DNA of 32,000 nucleotides from Candidatus Omnitrophota bacterium (GTDB lineage: Bacteria; Omnitrophota; Gorgyraeia; Zapsychrales; JANLHA01). The notes under the pieces were generated by a model. That model was not told the origin of the DNA, did no database searches, and was given only the letters and a program-made list of their open reading frames with translations. Position numbers and translations under genes: made by a program. Positions 18,360 through 26,206 of the stretch are shown one piece after another (positions within the stretch are counted from its first letter, which is position 1; the number at the start of each line of letters is the position of its first letter). The stretch is taken from the NCBI GenBank assembly GCA_963662715.1, contig OY759724.1:900001-932000 (forward strand), written 5' to 3'.

Positions 18360-18433
18360 AGCCGACGAGAGGAGTTGAACCTCCGACCCGCTCATTACGA
18401 ATGAGCTGCTCTACCGGGCTGAGCTACGTCGGC
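18360..18433 (-). tRNA. tRNA-Thr (CGU)
   Basis: The reverse complement GCCGACGTAGCTCAGCCCGGTAGAGCAGCTCATTCGTAATGAGCGGGTCGGAGGTTCAACTCCTCTCGTCGGCT folds as a cloverleaf. The anticodon loop is TTCGTAA and no CCA is encoded. Confidence 0.9.
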
Positions 18434-18481
18434 AAAAAATGCTTTTATAAAACAGTACTAGTAATATTATAAATTTTTGAT

Positions 18482-18542
18482 ATTTTAGCGGAAAAATCCC
18501 TTATTGGCAATCATTTTACCAGAAAGCTGAAATTCCGGTCAA
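18482..18542 (-). promoter_or_regulatory. Two tandem sigma70-like promoters upstream of tRNA-Thr
   Basis: On the minus strand: TTGCCA-17 nt-TAAAAT (18510-18482) and TTGACC-18 nt-TAAAAT (18542-18513). Both share the repeat taaaatgatt. Confidence 0.4.
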
Positions 18543-18644
18543 AATCATTTTACAGGGAAAATCTCCCCAAACTCAGGAAACATATAATATATAAATTAAG
18601 ACAGCCTTCTAAATAAATTAAAAGGCTGCCTTAAAAATTCTTCT

Positions 18645-19241
18645 CTATTCTTCCGGTCCTTGCTCTTCCGGCATTGATTCTTCCGGTTCCGCCATCATCG
18701 CCCCTTTAATCGACCCTTTTAAACCGGACATCTTTCCATGCTTCATCGCTTTCCAAGCCTTCGGCGCCTTAGGCTCTCCCATCATAGACTTTTTGCACAT
18801 GTCCCGCTGTTCCGGAGTAAGCATAGCTTTCAAATCCGCCATGGCTTTAACTAAAGCCTTGGCCTTCTTTTCTTTCAATTGATACTTCTTCTCGAGCAAA
18901 ATGTTCACTTTCTCCGTATCGATGGAATCTTCCCACAACAAGGCTTTAATATCAACTCCGATAATTTCAATTTCTGCTTTCCTCATGATCAGGTCTTTTT
19001 TCAAACCGATTTTCAAAGACTTGATTTTTGAAACCTGCTCATCCGACAACCCCATCTCCTCCTGGTGCATCAAAAGCATATGGGCCTTATGGAAAACCAT
19101 TTCATCCATCTTCTCCTGTCTGGGCTTGTCTCCCTTCTTACAGGAACAGCCCCCCTTCTCCCCTGCCACAGAAGGGCCGGCCACAGACAAAACCAGGCTG
19201 ACCACGACCAAAGTGATGATCCAAACATGTTTTCTTTTCAT
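18645..19241 (-). CDS. Periplasmic Spy/CpxP-family (LTXXQ motif) protein
   Basis: The likely start is the ATG at 19241 (aaGGAGGttgttATG), which gives MKRKHVWIITLVVVSLVLSVAGPSVAG as signal peptide. The protein is helical and K/E/M-rich with an LTPEQ motif. The track start at 19271 lacks an SD. Confidence 0.6.
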   Translation of the reverse strand: MKRKHVWIITLVVVSLVLSVAGPSVAGEKGGCSCKKGDKPRQEKMDEMVFHKAHMLLMHQEEMGLSDEQVSKIKSLKIGLKKDLIMRKAEIEIIGVDIKALLWEDSIDTEKVNILLEKKYQLKEKKAKALVKAMADLKAMLTPEQRDMCKKSMMGEPKAPKAWKAMKHGKMSGLKGSIKGAMMAEPEESMPEEQGPEE

Positions 19242-19409
19242 AACAACCTCCTTTTTGTTCCCGGTCTTCATTTAAACAGTTTCTGACGAAAGCATTTAAA
19301 CAAAACCTTTTTCCCTTGTCTTAGGGGCTTGTCCAGCACAATTATTCTAACCTAAAAACAATAAGGACGCAAAGATTTCCGGGGTCCCCCCTTAATTCCC
19401 CCGGCAAAC

Positions 19410-21569
19410 TTACATTCGCTTACGCTCTGTAAGTTTGGGGGTCATTAAAAGTATAGGCAGAAAAGTGGAATAATCGTCCGTCCATAAACGCACCGGTCTG
19501 ACATCGTTCCGGTCCAGAGCTTTCCACCCCAGCCCCTCCGTCAACTTGCGAAAAGGGACTTCATCCCACGTGACCGCAACCCATTTAGAAGCATACGTGC
19601 TGACGCCGTTTCCCTGCCCGTTCAAATAAGCGACCCTAGCTCCGAGAGACAGCGCCTCCGCACATAACATTCTCCGCACATCAGCAAACCGGTTGGAAAG
19701 ATGAAATAAAATCAGCCCCTTATCCTGAAGATGTCCCTTATATTCCTGCAAGGCTTCAAGTGTTATCAAATGAACAGGGACCGAATCCCCGCTGAAAGTA
19801 TCAACGATAATCAAATCATAGCTCTTCGAGCCGTGATTCCTCAGAGCCATACGGGCGTCGCCCACCCAATGATGTATGTCCGCCGGAGAATGCGTTAAAA
19901 AGGTAAAATACTGCTCGGCAAGCCGTATGATTTCCGGGTCCAGCTCATAGGAATCCACTTTTTGGCCTTCCCGGAAATAACTCATAATGGACCCGACGCC
20001 CAGCCCCAGGCTGGCGATGTCGTGAAAATGAAATAAAGAGGACTGCAGCACACCGCCGATCGGGGAATCAGGCGCATAATACGCCAGAGGGGTCTGTGAT
20101 CTTTCGTCCAAATAACGAACGCCGTGGATCGTGGACCCGTGCAGAAAATATCTTAACCCTTCCGGTTTGTCATATATGCGGCTGAGGCCGTAATAATTTC
20201 TGCCTCTGAAAACAAAACGCTCTCCGGCCAGGGGGCCGATAAACACAAAAACACACACAAGGCTAAGAGTAAAAATTTTAGCCCCCTGCCGCGGCTGCAC
20301 GCTGTCAACGAACAGCGTCTGCAGCAACAACACGATGACAAGCCATTCGAGCCATCCGCCCTGCGGAAAAACAACCATCAGGAGAAGGACAGCGACGGCG
20401 GCGACACTGCCCCGCCGGATATTCATGACCGGCCTCGCATCGGTAATCTGCCAGGCCAGAACGCAGACATAAAGCCCTGTCAAATATTCAACGAATGATA
20501 TCGAAAGCAGCGGGACAAACCAGGTTATGAACATACCGCCGCAGAAACCGCCTAAAGAAAAAATAAAATAATAATAAGAAAGCTGGCGGGAAGATTCGGG
20601 CTTGCTCGCATACAATTTCATTTGAATAAACATACATAAATAAAACAACAAAAGTGAAAATGCCGCCAATTCAAATAAAACAGGCAAAACATTCAGGGTG
20701 TGGGCAAAGTACAGCAAGATATTAATGATGATCAGAAAAAACGGCTTGCGGACCACCCAGCCCGGGCCCCAGGGGTTCTTTTTAAACGTCAAATAAAATG
20801 AAAGCAGGTAGATCGCTAAAGGGAAAGTCCACAAAAGAGGTATCGGCAATATTTCCGACGTTAAAATATTGGTCACAGACAGCAGCATCATGACCCCGGC
20901 GGCCCCCAACAAAAACCAGCCCCGGACGTCCCGGGAAGCGGCGGGATTCGGCAGCGGCTCCCCCTTGTCTTTGGCGGAAAGCCTGATCAGCCGGGCAGCG
21001 GCAAACATGAGCCCCAGCAGCACCAAATACAGACTGCGCCAGATAAACTGCTGCTCTGGCAGGGTGAAGAAATATTCAAAAAATACCGGGTAAGTGAGCA
21101 GTCCCGCAAATGAACCGAGGTTGGAGGCGGCAAATAACTGGTAAGGGTCCCGGCGCTCGGGAAGATCGGCCTCCGACAGCCAGGACTGAAAGAATATACT
21201 GGTCGTGGACAAAAGAAAAAATACCAGGCCGATCGAACAAAACAGCTGCCAAGATATCCCCAAAACAAGCGGCCAGTCCTGATGAAGGGTTTCCATACGG
21301 ATGTTCCGCCCGGGGAAAAAGAAAAGCGGGATAAAAAAGAGGGCCAAATGATAATACTGATAATCCTGAAAACGGAACTTATTAAGAATCAGATGAATAT
21401 ACGTATACCCGGCTAAAAGAACGACCTGAAAAAAAACGACGCAGGCCCCCCAGACAAGATATCCGCCTCCATAATGAGGGAGGATCATTTTCCCGACAAC
21501 AAGTTCGATTTGAAAAAGCAAAAAAGAAGCAAGAAAGGATAATATTTTCAGCAGCCAGATTTTTTTCAT
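19410..21569 (-). CDS. Fused polytopic membrane / spermidine-synthase-like (class I methyltransferase-fold) protein
   Basis: 719 aa. About 450 aa form a multi-TM N-terminus. The C-terminus LGLGVGSIMSYF...VDSYELDPEIIRLAEQYF...YDLIIVDTFSGDSVPVHL resembles spermidine synthase/aminopropyltransferase motifs. Confidence 0.7.
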   Translation of the reverse strand: MKKIWLLKILSFLASFLLFQIELVVGKMILPHYGGGYLVWGACVVFFQVVLLAGYTYIHLILNKFRFQDYQYYHLALFFIPLFFFPGRNIRMETLHQDWPLVLGISWQLFCSIGLVFFLLSTTSIFFQSWLSEADLPERRDPYQLFAASNLGSFAGLLTYPVFFEYFFTLPEQQFIWRSLYLVLLGLMFAAARLIRLSAKDKGEPLPNPAASRDVRGWFLLGAAGVMMLLSVTNILTSEILPIPLLWTFPLAIYLLSFYLTFKKNPWGPGWVVRKPFFLIIINILLYFAHTLNVLPVLFELAAFSLLLFYLCMFIQMKLYASKPESSRQLSYYYFIFSLGGFCGGMFITWFVPLLSISFVEYLTGLYVCVLAWQITDARPVMNIRRGSVAAVAVLLLMVVFPQGGWLEWLVIVLLLQTLFVDSVQPRQGAKIFTLSLVCVFVFIGPLAGERFVFRGRNYYGLSRIYDKPEGLRYFLHGSTIHGVRYLDERSQTPLAYYAPDSPIGGVLQSSLFHFHDIASLGLGVGSIMSYFREGQKVDSYELDPEIIRLAEQYFTFLTHSPADIHHWVGDARMALRNHGSKSYDLIIVDTFSGDSVPVHLITLEALQEYKGHLQDKGLILFHLSNRFADVRRMLCAEALSLGARVAYLNGQGNGVSTYASKWVAVTWDEVPFRKLTEGLGWKALDRNDVRPVRLWTDDYSTFLPILLMTPKLTERKRM

Positions 21570-21609
21570 AAAAAAGGACAGACGAGTCCAAAGGCGATAA
21601 TAAAGCCGA

Positions 21610-21987
21610 TTAAGAAGCGTTTTTATTCATCAGCAGATCTTTAATCTTATTTAACAGCACATCCGGAGAGCCGGATTTAGGAAGGTAAACATCCGCGCCG
21701 GAATTATAACCGAGCTGCTCATCCTCTTTCGTCCCCCGGACAGAGCACATCAGGATGGGAATTCTTCTGTATCCCGGATCCGCCTTGAGGATTTGACAGA
21801 CCTGGTACCCGTCCATACCGGGAAGCATGACATCCAGCAGGATCAAATCAGGAGGATTTTCTTTGGTTTTTACCAGAGCATCATGTCCATTGTCGGCTAC
21901 TTCGACTTGATACCCTTCTTTTTCAAGATAGGTATGAAAAACATTACGAAAAAAATTGGAGTCTTCGCATATCAGTATTCTGTTCAC
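21610..21987 (-). CDS. Single-domain response regulator (CheY-like receiver)
   Basis: 125 aa. ILICEDS...DLILLDVMLPGMDG...PILMCS...K are receiver acidic pocket, Ser/Thr and Lys positions. Confidence 0.88.
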   Translation of the reverse strand: MNRILICEDSNFFRNVFHTYLEKEGYQVEVADNGHDALVKTKENPPDLILLDVMLPGMDGYQVCQILKADPGYRRIPILMCSVRGTKEDEQLGYNSGADVYLPKSGSPDVLLNKIKDLLMNKNAS

Positions 21988-22026
21988 AAAATCCCCGTCC
22001 TCCCGGCCGTGATACCCTTCCCGCCG

Positions 22027-22404
22027 TTATCCATCCAGCTTATTATTTACAATATCTTCTATCCGTTTAAGCAGTTTTTCCGGGCCGATCGTTTTCGGGA
22101 TATAAGCATCAGCCCCAACCTGATAACCCAGTTTCTCATCGCTTTCCTCTGCCTTGGCTGTAAATATCGCAATCGGTATCTGTTTATATTTTTCATCGAA
22201 TTTTAACATCCGGCAGATTCTTAAACCGTCAATTTGCGGCAGCATTAAATCCAAAAGGATCAAATCCGGCATTTCTGAACGTGCCTTTGTCAAGGCGTCA
22301 TTCCCGTTATCGGCGATCACCACATGATATCCCCGGGCTTTCAAGGCCTCCTCCAGCAGTTCACTCAAAGCCTGCGAATCCTCACATATCAAAATCTTTT
22401 TCAT
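22027..22404 (-). CDS. Single-domain response regulator (CheY-like receiver)
   Basis: 125 aa. ILICEDS...DLILLDLMLPQIDG...PIAIFTA...K. It is a paralog of the neighbouring receiver. Confidence 0.88.
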   Translation of the reverse strand: MKKILICEDSQALSELLEEALKARGYHVVIADNGNDALTKARSEMPDLILLDLMLPQIDGLRICRMLKFDEKYKQIPIAIFTAKAEESDEKLGYQVGADAYIPKTIGPEKLLKRIEDIVNNKLDG

Positions 22405-22513
22405 AATTCACCTCTAAATCTCCCTGATTCCCGGAAGTCTTTTTCCAAGCTGAACATATTGTAACGGATAGTCTTTCCCTTGACAATGAATAAACACATA
22501 ACATCGTCTTTTA

Positions 22514-24556
22514 TCATTTATCCCGATGAAGCAGGACATCCGCTTTGGTAATGCTTTCGATAAACCTCTGGTCCTCCGGGGCGTGTGTTAACCCTTCCTG
22601 CCATATCGCAATGGCCCGCTGAAAGTCATTGCGATTGCCATAAAATTTTCCCAGCTCTATATAGGTGTCAGGATAATCCGGGTCCACTTCCAAAGATTTC
22701 TGAAAGAAATCCAGGGCCGTCTGCGGAATATTCTTCTCGGCAAAACGGCTCCCTAACCCGGTCAGCCTGCGGACGTTTGTCCCCCGCTCTATCACGCGCT
22801 GAGCGGTTTCAACGGCGGAAACTTTTATACCCGCGTCCAGATAAAGCTCCGTCAAATTATATAAACTTTCCTCCTCGTGAGGGTCGCGAGCGAGAATCTC
22901 CTGATACAATTGAATAGCCTGCGGGAAATCCCCCCGCTGCTGACAAACAACCCCCAAGGTCCGCTTGGTTTCGATCAAATTCGGATTAAGGGTCAAGGCC
23001 CGGGCCAGGTTTTCTGCTGCTTTTTCATATTGGCCGGTTCTCAGGTATAAAACCCCCAAATTAGACCAGCCTTCGGCAAACTCCGGATTAATCTCTACAG
23101 ACTTTTCAAAATGCTCGCTGGCGCGGGGCATATCTTTTTCTTCCAAATATATGAGGCCGAGATTATTAAACGATTTAAAACTTTCCGGATCCAGTCTTAG
23201 GGCATGTATCAACAGCTGTTTTGCGCCCTTAAAATTCCCTTTATCAATATAGGCGGCCGCCAGATTATCATAAGAACGGACTTTCTGCGGAGACTTTCTC
23301 AGGACATCGGTCCAAAGCGTAATGGGGTCTTTCCAGACTTTATTGCGCTGGTACGTCAGCGTGCCGTAGCCAAAAAGCAAAACAGCCATTAAACCATAAT
23401 AAATATAGCGGTTACGCACAAAAACTTTTAACCCTACGGCCAGGAAAAGCGCAAATCCGAAAAGCGCCAGGTACAGCCAGTGCTCGAAGATCATGTCCCG
23501 GCCGACATAAGCACTTGATGCGAATTCCATCATGATGGCTGTAAAAAACCACAAAACAGAAAAACTCAGGATACGCCTGCGGCGGAACTGATACACACCG
23601 AAAAAGAAAACCACTGTGATAAGGGCCAGGGATATTAATGTTGAACCCTCCAGCAGTCCCTGGGCTCTGGGATAATCATAATCCAGGTTTAAATGGACGG
23701 GGAAAAGGCAGAGCCGCATATATGTGCGCAGAACATTCACTGCCGTCAGGAGATTAAGGACGTTAAACTGTGTCGCGGCTAACTGCTCTTTTAAATCAAC
23801 GATGGATTGAGACCGTTCGGCCAAAAGCGACAGGGGAATAATAAGCCAGGTCAACAAAAACGGAAACAGCCTTTTGGTTATCGTGAGCAGGCTTTCATAT
23901 TTGGATTTCAGGAAGAAAACATCAGTGAAGATGACCGCCAAAGGCAAGGTGAACGCCAGTTCCTTGGAGAGCATCGCACAGACGGCGGAGACCAGGGCCG
24001 CGGCATAATACTGCCGGTGATAATATCTGAACCATTTCAGGTAAAACACCAGCGCTAAGAAATAAAAAAGCACCGCTAAAGAAGCCGCTCTCTGGGAAAT
24101 ATAATTGACGGCCTGTGACTGAACAGGATGAGCCAGGAAGACAAGCGCTGTCAGCAGGGCCAGAACCGTAGGGTTCCCGGCCGGCTGCCGTTTATGATGG
24201 ACAAAATAAGGGGTTTGGTAGAGATGCCGCACAAAGAAAAAGATCAGGAAGGCATTCGCGATATGAATAAGCAAATTGACCATGTGGTACCCAAAGACAT
24301 TCAGCCCCCCGATGTCATAATTAAAGGCAAAACTTAATCCTGTTATAAACCGCGAATTAAAATTCTGCCATATAGCCGGCCAGTTCCAGATATTTCTGAT
24401 AGAAATGTTATGAATGATAAAGATATCGTCGTCTAAATGAAAGCTGTTGCGGAGTGAATTGGAATAAATGGAGAAACCAAAAACAAGGATAAGGATAAAA
24501 GCATAAATTCTCGCCCGGTCAGTAAAGAACGACGTCTGTTCTTTTTTCATCCTCAA
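22514..24556 (-). CDS. Polytopic GT-C-like membrane protein with C-terminal TPR repeats (TMTC-like), paralog 3
   Basis: 680 aa with an early FHLDDDIFIIHN motif, a multi-TM half and then at least six TPR-like repeats (YDNLAAAYIDKGNFKGAKQLLIHALRLDP, FNNLGLIYLEEKDMPRASEHFEKSVEINP ...). Confidence 0.75.
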   Translation of the reverse strand: MRMKKEQTSFFTDRARIYAFILILVFGFSIYSNSLRNSFHLDDDIFIIHNISIRNIWNWPAIWQNFNSRFITGLSFAFNYDIGGLNVFGYHMVNLLIHIANAFLIFFFVRHLYQTPYFVHHKRQPAGNPTVLALLTALVFLAHPVQSQAVNYISQRAASLAVLFYFLALVFYLKWFRYYHRQYYAAALVSAVCAMLSKELAFTLPLAVIFTDVFFLKSKYESLLTITKRLFPFLLTWLIIPLSLLAERSQSIVDLKEQLAATQFNVLNLLTAVNVLRTYMRLCLFPVHLNLDYDYPRAQGLLEGSTLISLALITVVFFFGVYQFRRRRILSFSVLWFFTAIMMEFASSAYVGRDMIFEHWLYLALFGFALFLAVGLKVFVRNRYIYYGLMAVLLFGYGTLTYQRNKVWKDPITLWTDVLRKSPQKVRSYDNLAAAYIDKGNFKGAKQLLIHALRLDPESFKSFNNLGLIYLEEKDMPRASEHFEKSVEINPEFAEGWSNLGVLYLRTGQYEKAAENLARALTLNPNLIETKRTLGVVCQQRGDFPQAIQLYQEILARDPHEEESLYNLTELYLDAGIKVSAVETAQRVIERGTNVRRLTGLGSRFAEKNIPQTALDFFQKSLEVDPDYPDTYIELGKFYGNRNDFQRAIAIWQEGLTHAPEDQRFIESITKADVLLHRDK

Positions 24557-24663
24557 ACCCCTTCCTGAAGGGACTGCGGCCTATGGGGAGCAGGGCTGCG
24601 TATCCACTTCATGACTGCCCTTTACTGACAACCCCGCAACGAAGTGCGGGGCATCAAAAAAAA

Positions 24664-24739
24664 TGGTGCCGAGACCCAGAATTGAACTGGGGACGCAAGG
24701 CTTTTCAGGCCTTCGCTCTACCAACTGAGCTATCTCGGC
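24664..24739 (-). tRNA. tRNA-Phe (GAA)
   Basis: The reverse complement GCCGAGATAGCTCAGTTGGTAGAGCGAAGGCCTGAAAAGCCTTGCGTCCCCAGTTCAATTCTGGGTCTCGGCACCA is collinear with E. coli tRNA-Phe, with anticodon loop CTGAAAA and an encoded CCA. Confidence 0.93.
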
Positions 24740-24806
24740 ACACAAGTTTCAACATTTTAAACAAGAGTTGGAGAGTTGTCAACAACTCTTATTATATATC
24801 TATATC

Positions 24807-25208
24807 TTACTGGTAGAGCGCTCTCTCTATCTTGACATACACATCCTGGGCCACCCGGATGCGCGGCAAAAAAGCTTTCCGCGCTTTAACGCTCACTTGC
24901 ACCATAGAAGAAGAGACATTGAAGAGAGTTATGGTCACCTTTGTGCCCTGAATCTTCGCAATAATGATCCCTTCGGCTTCGTTCTGCTCCTCAATAATCC
25001 CCATCACAGCGACAACGTCCAAAACAATATCCCAAACTTCCATAAAATCTCCGCTCAAGACGCCTTCAACCGTATCAGGGCTGACAACATAACCGCCTAA
25101 GGCGCCCACGCCACCCACAACCAGATAAATACAGCCGTTTAATGAAAGAGTTAAAATACACAAGAGTATTCCGGGAATTGTCCTTTTCCTCCAGAATTCA
25201 AAACGCAT
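24807..25208 (-). CDS. Small lipoprotein (DUF3568-like)
   Basis: The track start at 25214 is a GTG. The ATG at 25208 follows GGAGGtgata. It has lipobox LTLSLNGC and a ~130-aa size. The DUF3568 resemblance is from memory. Confidence 0.6.
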   Translation of the reverse strand: MRFEFWRKRTIPGILLCILTLSLNGCIYLVVGGVGALGGYVVSPDTVEGVLSGDFMEVWDIVLDVVAVMGIIEEQNEAEGIIIAKIQGTKVTITLFNVSSSMVQVSVKARKAFLPRIRVAQDVYVKIERALYQ

Positions 25209-25230
25209 TATCACCTCCCTTCCTCAATTC

Positions 25231-26165
25231 CGATACAGCCCAACGGGCCTTCCTTCAAATATCTCTTATTCCTGAAGCCCGGAAATAACGAACGGCAATC
25301 CCGGGCAGCGATGAACCGTATTCCGGAATGTGCCCGTCACCTCTGTTGCGATACAGCCCAACGGGCCTTCCTTCAAATATCTCTTATTCCTGAAGCCCGG
25401 AAATAACGAACGGCAATCCCGGGCAGCGATGAACCGTATTCCGGAATGTGCCCGTTACCTCTGTTGCGATACAGCCCAACGGGCCTTCCTTCAAATATCT
25501 CTATTCCTGAAGCCCGGAAATAACGAACGGCAATCCCGGGCAGCGATGAACCGTATTCCAGAATGTGCCCGTCACCTCTGTTGCGATACAGCCCAACGGG
25601 CCTTCCTTCAAATATCTCTATTCCTGAAGCCCGGAAATGACGAACGGCAATCCCGGGCAGCGATGAACCGTATTCCAGAATGTGCCCGTCACCTCTGTTG
25701 CGATACAGCCCAACGGGCCTTCCTTCAAATATCTCTTATTCCTGAAGCCCGGAAATAACGAACGGCAATCCCGGGCAGCGATGAACCGTATTCCGGAATG
25801 TGCCCGTTACCTCTGTTGCGATACAGCCCAACGGGCCTTCCTTCAAATATCTCTTATTCCTGAAGCCCGGAAATAACGAACGGCAATCCCGGGCAGCGAT
25901 GAACCGTATTCCGGAATGTGCCCGTTACCTCTGTTGCGATACAGCCCAACGGGCCTTCCTTCAAGTATCTCTATTCCTGAAGCCCGGAAATGACGAACGG
26001 TAATCCCGGGCAGCGATGAACCGTATTCCGGAATGTGCCCGTTACCTCTGTTGCGATACAGCCCAACGGGCCTTCCTTCAAATATCTCTATTCCTGAAGC
26101 CCGAAAATAACGAACGGCAATCCCGGGCAGCGATGAACCGTATTCCGGAATGTGCCCGTCACCTC
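25231..26165. repeat. Tandem array: 8 near-identical copies of a 117/118-bp unit
   Basis: Units start at 25231, 25349, 25467, 25584, 25701, 25819, 25937 and 26054; the last ends at 26165. The unit is cgatacagcccaacgggccttccttcaaatatctct(t)attcctgaagcccggaaataacgaacggcaatcccgggcagcgatgaaccgtattccggaatgtgcccgtcacctctgttg. Only scattered single-base or 1-nt indel differences separate the copies. Confidence 0.95.
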
Positions 26166-26206
26166 AATTCCGATGATGTTCCGATCCCGGCGCCAGAGCC
26201 GAAAAA

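Noticed and set aside
18195-18404. 69-aa plus-strand ORF
   Set aside because: It spans the tRNA-Thr duplication and part of the tRNA gene itself, so it is an artefact of GC-rich repeat sequence.
24580-24591. The 12-mer cctatggggagc shared with the tRNA-Thr spacer (18219-18230, opposite strand), as a possible common element near tRNA genes
   Set aside because: Dozens of chance 12-mer matches are expected within 32 kb on two strands, and the flanks do not extend the similarity.
24600-24663. Hairpin ccccgcaacgaagtgcgggg next to tRNA-Phe, as its terminator
   Set aside because: On the tRNA (minus) strand the T-run precedes the stem rather than following it, and on the plus strand the stem is followed by A's. 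It therefore does not fit a canonical intrinsic terminator in either orientation.
25231-26165. Possible CRISPR array, because of the regular repeats
   Set aside because: The whole 117/118-bp unit is repeated almost identically, with no unique spacers between short repeats. No cas genes are in the window. The unit length is far outside CRISPR repeat sizes.
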